64,000 nt of DNA from Patescibacteria group bacterium (GCA_028865035.1 JAGWLB010000003.1:2247-66246), one strand, 5' to 3'. Numbered from the stretch's first letter, positions 39,130 through 48,626 are shown. Made by a program: numbers and translations. The notes: generated by a model not told the origin, from the sequence alone.

Positions 39130-40848
39130 TTAAACTTTATGCGATAAATTATGTTTTTCTTTAATAATATGATCTTTAATATAGTCCATAGTAGCTCCTA
39201 CTTTTTTACCAGGATTAAAAATATTCTGTGAGTCAAATATATTTTTAGTATTTTCGAATAATCCGTATATATTAGGACCGTACATTTGTAGTAAAAAAGG
39301 TGAACGAATAAGACCATCGTTATGTTCAGCTGTAGTTGAGCCTTTGTATTCTAAGACTAAATCATATACTTGTTTTGAAAGGTCTAGAATTATAGAGGCA
39401 GTTTTTGGATCTGAGAAATCCATAAGCGGAATAATATGGAAATTACCATTACCAGCATGACCAGCAATTGTGTAAGTTATGGGATATTTATCAAGAATTA
39501 TGTTTAGTTTAGGTAGAAATTCTGGCAAACATTCTGGTACAACAATAATATCATCTATAAACGGTGCTGTATGCTTGTCTTTAATATGTTTACGTAATAG
39601 GGCAAAACTTTCACGACGAATATCCCAATATTTATTTGATTCTGCTTCAGAAGTTGTAATGCGGGTTTTGAATGGAAACTTTTTTAAGTCAGGCATTAGT
39701 GCTTTAGCAGCTGCGTCTATTTCTTTTTCACTATCGCCAGCAAATTCGACTAACAATATTAATTTTGGAATACCGAAAGTTGACATCATAAATACTTCTG
39801 GCCAAAAGCTCCACATAAATTTAATCATTCCCCAGAAACCTTTCGTTTTTAGAAAGTCAGGGAAGAATTTTATAGCTAATTTCATGGTAGCATCATCATA
39901 CGACTCAAGACTTTCAGGATGGTGAGGCAGTATGACATCTACAATTTCGCCAAGTCTTTTTATATCTTTCATGAAAATAACCACAAGTTTTGAAGCTTTT
40001 TTTGTATTTACTAAATGTAAAGTTATCTCTGTAACTATACCAAGTGTTCCTTGCGAACCAACAATTAATTTAGTTAAATCAAATATTTCTTTCTTTTCAT
40101 CCCAGACATTCCAAAGATAATAACCTGCTGAATTTTTAGATACATTAGGTTTAGCATTTTTAATATCATCCTTATTATTATTTATTAGTTGAAATATATT
40201 TTTATAAATATCACCCTCAAAATCATTCTGGGCAATTTTCGCATACAATTCCTTTTTATTTAATGGTTTAACTATATATTCTCTACCATCAGAAAAAACT
40301 ACTTTTAATTCTTTTATATAATCTTCGGTTTTACCATAGTTTAAAGTTTTTTCACCAGCGGAATTATTACCTACCATTCCACCCAAAGCATTAAGACTTT
40401 TTGAAGCTGTGTAACATGGCAATAATAATTCTTTCTCCATAGTTAATGGTTCAAAGTCACGATAGTAAACTCCTGGTTCTATAATTGCTGTACCTGTTAT
40501 AGATACTGAGTGTGCATTAGGATATTTAGGAATCATTTCAAAAGGAGAAACTCTTTCAATTTTTATGATTTTATTCATATAACGAGTAAAATCTATAATA
40601 ATCGACTCTCCTATTGCACCTCCAGCCATACAAGTTCCTGCAGAGCGAGGTGTAAGAGCAAGCTTTGGGTATTTTGATTTATTATCATTTACCCATCTCA
40701 CTAATGTTTTAACATCTTCATTGTCTTTTGGGAATACTACAAGTTCAGGTTTAACTTCAAGTAATGATGCATCATGAGAATATTTTGTAAGTGATTCCTC
40801 ACTGTCTTCAATATCTCCTTTAAAAAATTTCAATATTTCTTCTTTCAT
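39130..40848 (-). CDS. FAD-linked oxidase (PCMH-type FAD-binding; GlcD / D-lactate dehydrogenase family)
   Basis: N-terminal FAD_binding_4 pattern (VVFPKDNEDV...RSAGTCMAGGAIG) and a C-terminal FAD-oxidase domain (GSQGTLGIVTEITL, GHAGNGNFH). 572 aa. Confidence 0.7.
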   Translation of the reverse strand: MKEEILKFFKGDIEDSEESLTKYSHDASLLEVKPELVVFPKDNEDVKTLVRWVNDNKSKYPKLALTPRSAGTCMAGGAIGESIIIDFTRYMNKIIKIERVSPFEMIPKYPNAHSVSITGTAIIEPGVYYRDFEPLTMEKELLLPCYTASKSLNALGGMVGNNSAGEKTLNYGKTEDYIKELKVVFSDGREYIVKPLNKKELYAKIAQNDFEGDIYKNIFQLINNNKDDIKNAKPNVSKNSAGYYLWNVWDEKKEIFDLTKLIVGSQGTLGIVTEITLHLVNTKKASKLVVIFMKDIKRLGEIVDVILPHHPESLESYDDATMKLAIKFFPDFLKTKGFWGMIKFMWSFWPEVFMMSTFGIPKLILLVEFAGDSEKEIDAAAKALMPDLKKFPFKTRITTSEAESNKYWDIRRESFALLRKHIKDKHTAPFIDDIIVVPECLPEFLPKLNIILDKYPITYTIAGHAGNGNFHIIPLMDFSDPKTASIILDLSKQVYDLVLEYKGSTTAEHNDGLIRSPFLLQMYGPNIYGLFENTKNIFDSQNIFNPGKKVGATMDYIKDHIIKEKHNLSHKV

Positions 40849-40863
40849 TATTATAATAATTTA

Positions 40864-41736
40864 TTATTGAATATTGTTAAAAAGCTTAAGACGAGCTTCA
40901 ACAACCTTTTCGATAGCATCAACTGCCTCAGGTAAATATTTATAAGGAGCCACTTCATCTGGCATATTTTTTAATGCTTCTTCTAATCCTTTTCTGTATG
41001 CAACTCGGATTTCAGTATTAATATGTACAATATCGATACCATTTTTAATACAAGCCACGAAATCTTGATCCATTGTTCCCGATCCACCGTGGAGTACGAG
41101 TGGTATACCTGTAGCCTCTCTTATTTCTTTAACTCTATCTGGGTGAAGTCTCGGATTGCCACTTCGAACCATACCATGCACATTACCAACAGATGGAGCC
41201 AACATATCTATTCCTGTAGCTTCTACAAAGGTTTTTGCATCTTCGGGCTTAGTCATAGTTGCTTCAGATACACCATCTGGTACTGCATCAAGCATTTTAG
41301 ATGATTGACCAATAAATCCAAGTTCAGCTTCTACTAAAACGTCACGGTTAAACTTTTTATTTACTTCGTGAGCGTAATCTACACACTTTTTTGTAAGCGC
41401 GATGTTTTCCTCAAGTGGAAGTTTGGCACAATCTATAATCACTGAATCATATCCAGCGTCAATTGCAGCTTTCACACTCTCAAAACTATAGTGATGGTCA
41501 GCATTTAGATAAATAGGAAAATTATCTCTCTCTCGAAGTGCTTTAATTAATGCAACACCTTCTTCTTTGCCTACAAACTCTTCTTCTCCTTCAGATAAAC
41601 CGATAATAACAGGTACACTAAGCTTCTTGGCGGCATTGTAAATACCATGAAGTCCCTCTAGATTTGATATATTAAAATGTCCAACTGCTACTCCTTTTTC
41701 ATCTGCTTCTTTTATTATTTCGCGTAAACTTTTCAT
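40864..41736 (-). CDS. fba: Class II fructose-bisphosphate (or tagatose-bisphosphate) aldolase
   Basis: Likely start MKSLREII at 41736. VAVGHFNISNLEGL, metal-binding His, and LVLHGGSG are class II aldolase motifs. The track start at 41802 is a probable over-extension. Confidence 0.8.
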   Translation of the reverse strand: MKSLREIIKEADEKGVAVGHFNISNLEGLHGIYNAAKKLSVPVIIGLSEGEEEFVGKEEGVALIKALRERDNFPIYLNADHHYSFESVKAAIDAGYDSVIIDCAKLPLEENIALTKKCVDYAHEVNKKFNRDVLVEAELGFIGQSSKMLDAVPDGVSEATMTKPEDAKTFVEATGIDMLAPSVGNVHGMVRSGNPRLHPDRVKEIREATGIPLVLHGGSGTMDQDFVACIKNGIDIVHINTEIRVAYRKGLEEALKNMPDEVAPYKYLPEAVDAIEKVVEARLKLFNNIQ

Positions 41737-41774
41737 ATTTAATAATTGTACCATATGTGATACAATTATTAAAT

Positions 41775-42770
41775 ATGGATAAACAAATTGATTTTTTTGC
41801 AATCGGTGATTTAGTTGTCGATGATTTTATAAGATTAAAGGACGCAGAAGCTACTTGCGATTTAGATCAAGAAAATTGCAAACTCTGTGTCCGATTTGGC
41901 GATAAAGTTCCTTATGAATTCCATGAAGTAGTCTATGCTGTTGGAAATAGTGCTAATGCTGCTGTGTCTGCTAGCCGACTAGGATTGGTATCTGCTCTTT
42001 CAGGGGTAGTCGGTAATGATGATCATGGTAAGAATTGTATGAAGGCACTTGCAGATAATAATATTCTTTTGGACTATATTGAAATTGACCCTAAACTTCC
42101 TACAAATTATCACTATGTTTTGTGGTACGGACCAGAACGTACTATTCTAGTCAATCATGCTCCTTATGAGCGTCATTTTCCAAAAGATATGAGAGCACCA
42201 AAATGGATATATTTATCTTCATTAGGTGAAAATACAGAAGAATTCCATCACGAAATAGCAACTTGGTTGAAAGAACACCCTGAGACAAAGCTTGCTTTCC
42301 AACCTGGAACATTTCAAATAATGCTTGGGTCCGAAAAATTAAAAGATATATATGAGTTATCTGATATATTTTTCTGCAATGTAGAAGAAGCTCAAAGGAT
42401 ATTAAAAATTGAAGAACTTGATCCACAAAAACTTATGAATGCCCTTCATAATCTTGGTCCTAAAATAATTATTCTTACAGATGGTATAAAAGGCGCATAT
42501 GCTCGTGAAGAAGATGGATCAATGTGGTTTATGCCTATTTATCCGCACACACCTATTGATCGTACTGGTGCTGGTGATGCATTTGAATCTACAATTACAT
42601 CAGCACTTGCAATGGGTAAAACACTAGAAGAAGCATTACAATGGGCTCCAATTAACGCTATGTCAGTTACACAATTCGTCGGAGCACAAAAGGGTCTCAT
42701 TTCTCAAGAAAAAATTGAAGAATATTTGCAAAAAGCACCAGAAGATTATAGGCTTAAAAAATTAAATTAA
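41775..42770 (+). CDS. PfkB-family sugar/sugar-phosphate kinase (ribokinase fold)
   Basis: Likely start MDKQIDFFAIGDLVVD. C-terminal GAGDAF anion-hole / catalytic base motif. Divergent from fba. The alternative start at 41757 would overlap fba. Confidence 0.7.
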   Translation: MDKQIDFFAIGDLVVDDFIRLKDAEATCDLDQENCKLCVRFGDKVPYEFHEVVYAVGNSANAAVSASRLGLVSALSGVVGNDDHGKNCMKALADNNILLDYIEIDPKLPTNYHYVLWYGPERTILVNHAPYERHFPKDMRAPKWIYLSSLGENTEEFHHEIATWLKEHPETKLAFQPGTFQIMLGSEKLKDIYELSDIFFCNVEEAQRILKIEELDPQKLMNALHNLGPKIIILTDGIKGAYAREEDGSMWFMPIYPHTPIDRTGAGDAFESTITSALAMGKTLEEALQWAPINAMSVTQFVGAQKGLISQEKIEEYLQKAPEDYRLKKLN

Positions 42771-42797
42771 TATAATTAACATTTTTAAAACTACTAT

Positions 42798-43016
42798 TTA
42801 ATGATAGTTTTGTCTTTTGTTTATTATTTCTTCAGCCTTAATTATAGCTTCTCTAGGTTCAATTTCGTGTGAGGTAAGCTTTTTAATTATTTCTTCCAAT
42901 TGATTTATTTCGTCATCAACATTACCTTCTTGTAACACTTGTTGCTCAAGTGCTTTAATTGTTATTAACGCTTTTTGAAATGATTCTAAATTACTGTTAG
43001 GAGATTCTTGACTCAT
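42798..43016 (-). CDS. Small acidic coiled-coil hypothetical protein
   Basis: 72 aa, helical and E/Q-rich. No family recognised. Confidence 0.3.
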   Translation of the reverse strand: MSQESPNSNLESFQKALITIKALEQQVLQEGNVDDEINQLEEIIKKLTSHEIEPREAIIKAEEIINKRQNYH

Positions 43017-43046
43017 ATAATTTTATTCATATAATGATTTGATAAT

Positions 43047-43673
43047 TTATGCAACTGGCACTGGCACAGATTGCGGTATATTGGGAGTAGGTACATTTTG
43101 TTCTTTTATGTCATCGTAGAATTTTGCTGTAGTAACATTAATGTATGGTATAAGCCATAGTAAACCTATACCCAATGTTGGTATACACAATAAAAGCCAT
43201 CCCAGGAAACGTAATTCTAAGAAGAATAATTTCCACTTATTACCCTTCATTATTTTTTTACTTTTGTTTATTGCATCATTAATTTTAATTGTGTGGTCTT
43301 CAGCAAGAATATAGTATGTCATTGAATACGAAAAACTTGCAATTACTCCAGGTATAATAAAAAGTAATGTCCAAAGAAATGTATATATTAAAATTAGAAA
43401 ATATGCGAAAAATCCCCTCCACCACTTTTTAAACTCATCAAAAATACGAGCTATCCTAGGATTTTGATTCCTAGAAAACGATAACCAAAAACCATAGAGT
43501 CCGACAATAAAAGGTCCTGCTATAACTAACGATACCAACCATCCAATTTTTGGTATAAATCTAACTAAAATTGATATTAAAAAATATAATAATGTAACTT
43601 TAACACCTTCTATCCATTTACCATTTAATACTTCTCTTGCTTCTCTCATTAAAACTTTATTTTGTGTTTTCAT
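43047..43673 (-). CDS. Integral membrane protein, DUF975-like
   Basis: 208 aa. N-terminal REAREVLNGKWIEGVKVTLLYFLI followed by 4-5 TM helices resembles DUF975. Confidence 0.4.
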   Translation of the reverse strand: MKTQNKVLMREAREVLNGKWIEGVKVTLLYFLISILVRFIPKIGWLVSLVIAGPFIVGLYGFWLSFSRNQNPRIARIFDEFKKWWRGFFAYFLILIYTFLWTLLFIIPGVIASFSYSMTYYILAEDHTIKINDAINKSKKIMKGNKWKLFFLELRFLGWLLLCIPTLGIGLLWLIPYINVTTAKFYDDIKEQNVPTPNIPQSVPVPVA

Positions 43674-43699
43674 ATAAAATATAGTTATTAATAATAAAA

Positions 43700-44698
43700 T
43701 TAAACTCTTCTTTTTAAAACTTTTTCAACAGCTTTTATAATATCTGGAACATCCATTCCATAGTGTTTTATAAGCTCTTCGGATGTACCTGATTGACCAA
43801 ATTTATTCTGAACACCCAAGAATTCTATAGGTGTCGGGTAATAAAGGGCCAAACATTCTGCAACTGCACTACCCATACCGCCTGAAACCTGATGTTCTTC
43901 AAGTGTGACTAAAGCTTTTGCTTCTTTAGCTAGTGACACAATTGCTTCATCATCTAGTGGTTTAATAGTAGACAAATTCATAACTTTGATTTTAACTCCA
44001 TCTTTCTCTAAAATTTTTGCAGCAAGTATGGCTTTGTGTAGAAGTGCACCTGTAGCTATAATTCCAATATCAGCAAGTCCAGATTCAGGAATAAATACAA
44101 TCTGAGCTTTCCCTATTTCAAATGGTGTATCATCTGTTGTTATGATAGGAGTTTTTTCTCGAGCTAATCGTAGGTAGGTTGGCTCTTTTATTTTCGCGCA
44201 AGCTATAGTTGCCTTCTTTGCTTCTATAGAATCGCAAGGAGATATAACAACCATATTAGGTATAACCCTAGTAATAGCTAGATCTTCAATTGCTTGGTGT
44301 GTACCACCGTCAGGGCCAACAGATACACCAGCGTGAGAACCAGCAATTTTTACAGGTCTATCATTATAGCAAATAGTTGTACGTATTTGCTCCCAGTTGC
44401 GACCAGGAGAGAACATTGCATATGAAGATATAAAAGGTATCTTACCCATAGCAGCCATTCCTGATGCAACCGAAGCAAGATTTTGTTCAGCAACACCTAT
44501 CTCTACGTATCTCTCAGGGAATTTATCTGCAAATAAATCCATTTTTGTAGATCCAACTAGATCTGCGCAGAGTGCAACTATATTATTATCTTCAATTCCT
44601 GCTTGTAATAGACCTTCACCAAACCCTTGGCGAATAGGTATCTGCTCGACATCGTCGTTAAAAAGTTTGGTATTTAATTTTAGTGATTGATTAAGCAT
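43700..44698 (-). CDS. Transketolase, C-terminal subunit (pyrimidine-binding and C-terminal domains)
   Basis: RQGFGEGL...VALCADL, GVAEQN..SVASGMA, and a C-terminal domain. 332 aa. Immediately follows the N-terminal subunit. Confidence 0.85.
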   Translation of the reverse strand: MLNQSLKLNTKLFNDDVEQIPIRQGFGEGLLQAGIEDNNIVALCADLVGSTKMDLFADKFPERYVEIGVAEQNLASVASGMAAMGKIPFISSYAMFSPGRNWEQIRTTICYNDRPVKIAGSHAGVSVGPDGGTHQAIEDLAITRVIPNMVVISPCDSIEAKKATIACAKIKEPTYLRLAREKTPIITTDDTPFEIGKAQIVFIPESGLADIGIIATGALLHKAILAAKILEKDGVKIKVMNLSTIKPLDDEAIVSLAKEAKALVTLEEHQVSGGMGSAVAECLALYYPTPIEFLGVQNKFGQSGTSEELIKHYGMDVPDIIKAVEKVLKRRV

Positions 44699-44701
44699 AA
44701 T

Positions 44702-45571
44702 TTATTCGTCTTCACTTTTAATTCTACCACCAAGGGTTCGTAGCTCTTTTAATGCCATCTGACCTTGTTCTTTGTTAGGTGGTGTACCATGCCAATGGTA
44801 ATCTCTTTCGAATTCACGTACCCCTTTACCAGGAATAGTACGAGCTATTATTACTGACGGCTTTTCGTATACTGCTTTAGCTTTACATATTGCATCATTA
44901 ATATCTCTAAAATTATGCCCATCAATTTCTTGGACATGCCAGTTAAAAGATTGCCATTTAGCTGCTAGGTCATCAAGTGGCATAACATTTTCAGTAAAAC
45001 CATCAATTTGAATATTATTTCTATCAACTATAACCAAAAGATTACGAAGATGTTCTTTACCAGCAAGCATAATTGCTTCCCAGTTCTGACCTTCATTTAA
45101 CTCACCATCTCCTGTAAGGCAGTATATTGTTTTATCTGTTCCAGGACCAAAATCTATACGGTCTGCTATTGCCATACCTATAGCTTGTGATAAACCTGAA
45201 CCGAGTGGTCCAGATGAGTTCTCAAGCCAAGGCATAAATTCCCTGTGAGGATGACCTTGAAGTCGTGAACCAAATTTACGGAGTGTTAAAAGCTCATTAA
45301 TAGGCATATAGCCTGCATAAGCCATAGTCGCATATAATACTGGACAAATATGACCATTAGAAAGGACTAACCTATCTCGATCTTTCCAATCTGGTCTTTT
45401 TGGGTCTTGCTTGAGCGCATGAAAATATAACAAAGTAAATATATCTGCCATTCCTAATGGCCCAGCAGTATGCCCAGATTTTGCCTCGACAAGCATTTCA
45501 ATAATACTTTGCCTGATATTGTTTGCAGTAATTTTTAATTCTTTTATTTTTAAATCTGTAAGATTTTCCAT
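44702..45571 (-). CDS. Transketolase, N-terminal subunit (TPP-binding)
   Basis: SGHTAGPLGMADIF, GDGELNEGQNWEA and the LSNGHICPVLYA motif. 289 aa. Confidence 0.85.
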   Translation of the reverse strand: MENLTDLKIKELKITANNIRQSIIEMLVEAKSGHTAGPLGMADIFTLLYFHALKQDPKRPDWKDRDRLVLSNGHICPVLYATMAYAGYMPINELLTLRKFGSRLQGHPHREFMPWLENSSGPLGSGLSQAIGMAIADRIDFGPGTDKTIYCLTGDGELNEGQNWEAIMLAGKEHLRNLLVIVDRNNIQIDGFTENVMPLDDLAAKWQSFNWHVQEIDGHNFRDINDAICKAKAVYEKPSVIIARTIPGKGVREFERDYHWHGTPPNKEQGQMALKELRTLGGRIKSEDE

Positions 45572-45580
45572 AAATATATT

Positions 45581-46270
45581 TTATAAATTTTCAAACTCTC
45601 TTATCATTTGACTTGGATCATTGCTTGATATTAATGCAGATCCTACCACTAATCTATTTGCACCTGCTTTTACAAGAAGCGGTGCAGTGTCTTTGTTTAC
45701 GCTTCCATCTACACTTATTATAAGCTCTGGGTATGCAGTACGCAATTCTGATATTTGTGATAGAACACGTTCATCAAATGGTTGACCTTGATAACCTATA
45801 TGTTTTATTCCCATACATTGAACAAAATCAATATGTGAAATAATCGGAGTAAGTTCGTTTATGGGTGTTGTAGTGTTTATTGCTACACCTATTTGTATAT
45901 TTTCTCTTATATACATATCTAAACTTTCTATAAATTCTTTAAATTCAACTTTGTCATTTTCTGCTTCTATATGGAATACTATTCTTTTTGCACCAAGTCT
46001 AGTAAAAAATTCAAAGTGTTTATGAGCATTTGCAACCATAAGGTCAAATTCGAAATCAATCGAGTCCCAAAATGGTAAACCTGACTCTTCGTTTAAAATA
46101 CTTTGGATACTTTCTTGATTATCTTTACCCATTGGCCAAGAAATAGAAGGAGTGAATTTACCATCACACATATCAATTTGAACAATAGAAGTTATGTTTA
46201 CAATATGAGCTAAATACTCACGTAATTTATCAAAATTCTCAACTAGTATTGCAGGTATAACTTCTATCAT
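45581..46270 (-). CDS. rpe: Ribulose-phosphate 3-epimerase-like (RPE-family TIM barrel)
   Basis: MIEVIPAILV..., ...IDMCDGKF..., and a C-terminal GANRLVVGSALI. Sits between tkt and rpiB. Confidence 0.65.
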   Translation of the reverse strand: MIEVIPAILVENFDKLREYLAHIVNITSIVQIDMCDGKFTPSISWPMGKDNQESIQSILNEESGLPFWDSIDFEFDLMVANAHKHFEFFTRLGAKRIVFHIEAENDKVEFKEFIESLDMYIRENIQIGVAINTTTPINELTPIISHIDFVQCMGIKHIGYQGQPFDERVLSQISELRTAYPELIISVDGSVNKDTAPLLVKAGANRLVVGSALISSNDPSQMIREFENL

Positions 46271-46271
46271 A

Positions 46272-46706
46272 TTAGATTTTTTCTATTCTACGTATATGTC
46301 TAGGTTCATTTGAAAATGGAGTTTCTAAGAAAATTTTTATTGCACTTTTGGCTTCATCCTCATTAATGAATCTTGCACCAAGAGAAAGTATATTTGCATC
46401 ATTATCATTTCTTGAAGCTTTAATAATATCTAAGTTACCTCCATAGTATAAGGCTGCACGAATACCATCTATTCTATTCGCACACATTGCTTCTCCCTGA
46501 CCACTACCTCCTATAACAATACCCATGCCTCTAGGATCATCAGCTACTGCGTGGGCTACAGGCTTAATAAAATCAGGATAATCATCATCTTTCTCGAATT
46601 CAAAGGCACCTATATCTTCGAAATCGTAGCCTTGGTCTTTTAAGTAAATATTTAATTTTTCTTTTAATTCATATCCAGCGTGATCTGTTCCTATGTATAC
46701 TTTCAT
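46272..46706 (-). CDS. rpiB: Ribose-5-phosphate isomerase B
   Basis: Likely start MKVYIGTDHAGYELK. Has the GIVIGGSGQGEAM and CANRIDGIRAAL motifs. The track's longer start at 46781 overlaps dapF and is likely wrong. Confidence 0.8.
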   Translation of the reverse strand: MKVYIGTDHAGYELKEKLNIYLKDQGYDFEDIGAFEFEKDDDYPDFIKPVAHAVADDPRGMGIVIGGSGQGEAMCANRIDGIRAALYYGGNLDIIKASRNDNDANILSLGARFINEDEAKSAIKIFLETPFSNEPRHIRRIEKI

Positions 46707-46757
46707 AGTAATATTATAACACTTAATTAAATTATATGATAATATTATATCAACAAT

Positions 46758-47534
46758 ATGATAAATTTCTATAAATACCACGGAGCAGGAAATGATTTTA
46801 TTATGATAGATAATAGAGATGGTAATTTCGATGTTAAAAATAAAGATTTAGTGAAGTTATTATGCCATCGCAGGTTCGGTATTGGTGCTGATGGTATTAT
46901 TCTAGTAGAAAATGATGCCGATTATGATTTTAGAATGGTTTTTATGAACAACGATGGCAGTATTGGTGCTATGTGTGGTAATGGCGGACGCTGTATAGTT
47001 CATTTCGCCTACCATATTTTAAAAATTGTAAAAGACCCTAAGAATGTAGAATTCATAGCAGTAGATGGTAAGCACCAAGCAGATATAGATGGCGACATCG
47101 TAAAACTCAAAATGCAAGATATAGAAAGCATCAGCACTCGCAATAACCTACCATACATTTGCCAAGGTACGACTCCACACAATATACAATTTGTAACTAA
47201 CCTTAAAGACTTCCCTGTTTTCGAAACTGGCCGAAAAATTCGCTACTTAGATGAAAGTGGAGTCAATGTAAACTTTGTCGAACTTATAGACGGAGTATTC
47301 CATGTTCGCACTTACGAACGTGGAGTTGAAGATGAGACGCTGGCTTGTGGTACAGGTGCAACTTCTGTCGCTATTGCTGTTCATAATAACGGAATGCTAA
47401 AAGAAAATGTAGCTCATATAAAAATGCCAGGTGGTGATTTGAAAGTATCATTTGAAAAAATGCCTGATGACACATACCAAAACATTTGGCTTACCGGTGA
47501 AGCCAAATGTGTGTTTGAAGGCGAATGGGAATAA
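46758..47534 (+). CDS. dapF: Diaminopimelate epimerase
   Basis: F.KYHGAGNDFIMID and the two catalytic Cys regions (MCGNGGRC; LACGTGATS). 258 aa. Confidence 0.8.
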   Translation: MINFYKYHGAGNDFIMIDNRDGNFDVKNKDLVKLLCHRRFGIGADGIILVENDADYDFRMVFMNNDGSIGAMCGNGGRCIVHFAYHILKIVKDPKNVEFIAVDGKHQADIDGDIVKLKMQDIESISTRNNLPYICQGTTPHNIQFVTNLKDFPVFETGRKIRYLDESGVNVNFVELIDGVFHVRTYERGVEDETLACGTGATSVAIAVHNNGMLKENVAHIKMPGGDLKVSFEKMPDDTYQNIWLTGEAKCVFEGEWE

Positions 47535-47561
47535 TTATAATTCTTAATTATATTCCTAAAT

Positions 47562-47592
47562 AAAAAAAGAGCCCTTACCGAAGTAAGGGCTC
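47562..47592 (-). terminator. Rho-independent terminator for the minus-strand high-GC gene
   Basis: gagccctta-ccgaag-taagggctc hairpin (47569-47592). On the minus strand it is followed by a T7 run (47562-47568). A second small hairpin gggtc-taa-gaccc lies at 47597-47609. Confidence 0.6.
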
Positions 47593-47641
47593 AAAGGGTC
47601 TAAGACCCAAGATGTAACACGAGGTACAAAGTGCCAAAGGA

Positions 47642-48406
47642 CTATAAGTCGCAGAAGCACAACAAGCAGTCGCCATCGTCCCAGGCAGACTCGAAGTAAC
47701 CGAGGTAGAACCTCCAGACACCGTCCGAGCGGCGGTCCACGTACGGCACCCTATGGCGGCCGTCGGAGTCTTCACAGAGGGTGTCCTTCTCATCGAAGGA
47801 AACTGTCCATTTGCCCACCGGAAACTGGTCCGCTTTGTTGTCTTGCAACAACGTCACGCCCTGTCCGCCCACGAGGAGGGCGTCCTTCTCATCGAAGGAA
47901 ACTGTCCATTTGCCCACCGGAAACTGGTCCGCTTTGTTGTCTTGCAACAACGTCACGCCCTGTCCGCCCACGAGGATGGCTCCCTGCTTCTTCAGGAAGG
48001 TCATGCAGTCTTCACTGGTGACCGTCGAGAGGATTGGGAAGATTCGCACGCGGTACTTCTTGCCAGGCTCCAGCTTGTTCGTCGCTTTCGCGAAGTTCTT
48101 GCTGTTAAGGTCATCGTTGAAGTAGTAGGTGGTCTTCAGCTTCTTGGTCTTCTTGGCGAAGGTGTCGAGCTGGGTGTCGTGCTTGTAGTCTGCCGGCACC
48201 GTGAACTCGAAGTCCTTCACCGCGGGGCCGAAGCTCTGGTCCACCATGGCGAGTTTCTGCAGGATGGGCTTCACTTGCTCTTGCAACGTGCCACCTGCTT
48301 TGATGATTTCCTGAGCCTCATCTTTCGATAAGCCCAACGCACGGACCGCGTCTCTTACGAGATCGGCGATGCGATTTTCTTGGTTTGACGTGATCTTTTC
48401 AGTCAT
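47642..48406 (-). CDS. Hypothetical protein encoded by a high-GC foreign gene; contains a 32-aa internal tandem duplication
   Basis: 254-aa ORF with Actinobacteria-like codon usage (AAG, GAC, TTC, ACC, CTG preferred), whereas the first ~15 codons are AT-richer. AAGGA Shine-Dalgarno 7 nt upstream of the ATG. No family recognised. Confidence 0.5.
   Translation of the reverse strand: MTEKITSNQENRIADLVRDAVRALGLSKDEAQEIIKAGGTLQEQVKPILQKLAMVDQSFGPAVKDFEFTVPADYKHDTQLDTFAKKTKKLKTTYYFNDDLNSKNFAKATNKLEPGKKYRVRIFPILSTVTSEDCMTFLKKQGAILVGGQGVTLLQDNKADQFPVGKWTVSFDEKDALLVGGQGVTLLQDNKADQFPVGKWTVSFDEKDTLCEDSDGRHRVPYVDRRSDGVWRFYLGYFESAWDDGDCLLCFCDL
47784..47975. repeat. Perfect 96-bp tandem direct repeat in two copies (47784-47879 and 47880-47975), inside the high-GC gene
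   Basis: Visible directly: ccttctcatcgaaggaaactgtccatttgcccaccggaaactggtccgctttgttgtcttgcaacaacgtcacgccctgtccgcccacgagga... is repeated in phase, duplicating the peptide LVGGQGVTLLQDNKADQFPVGKWTVSFDEKDA. Confidence 0.85.
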
Positions 48407-48471
48407 CGTTTTATCCTTTTTTGAATGTACAATCCAGAATCTGCTGGAACAGTCGCAATCTTGCTAGCACT

Positions 48472-48500
48472 ATTATATCAAATAACACTCTATTTGTCAA
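48472..48500 (-). promoter_or_regulatory. Perfect consensus sigma70 promoter (TTGACA-17-TATAAT) driving the high-GC gene
   Basis: On the minus strand: tandem TTGACATTGACA, -35 at 48495-48500, 17-nt spacer, and TATAAT at 48472-48477. About 60 nt of 5'UTR with an AAGGA SD. Confidence 0.6.
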
Positions 48501-48591
48501 TGTCAAGGCTAAATGGCAAATATCGTTAGTCCATCTTTCTTTTCTAATTGGTTGATAAAATTGATCTTTCAGGCGATCGTAAACAAATATC

Positions 48592-48626
48592 AAAAAGCCC
48601 CACTTATTTCTCGAGGCTTTTTTAAA
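48592..48626 (-). terminator. Rho-independent terminator of gap
   Basis: On the minus strand: AAAAAGCC-loop-GGGCTTTTT hairpin followed by a T-run, directly after the gap stop. Confidence 0.5.

Noticed and set aside
47753-48331. Plus-strand ORFs of 192 aa and 114 aa (47753-48331, 47781-48125) and a minus-strand 72-aa ORF (47575-47793), all overlapping the high-GC gene
   Set aside because: High-GC DNA produces long stop-free frames by chance. Only the 47642-48406 minus frame has a consensus promoter, an SD, a terminator and coherent GC3-biased codon usage.
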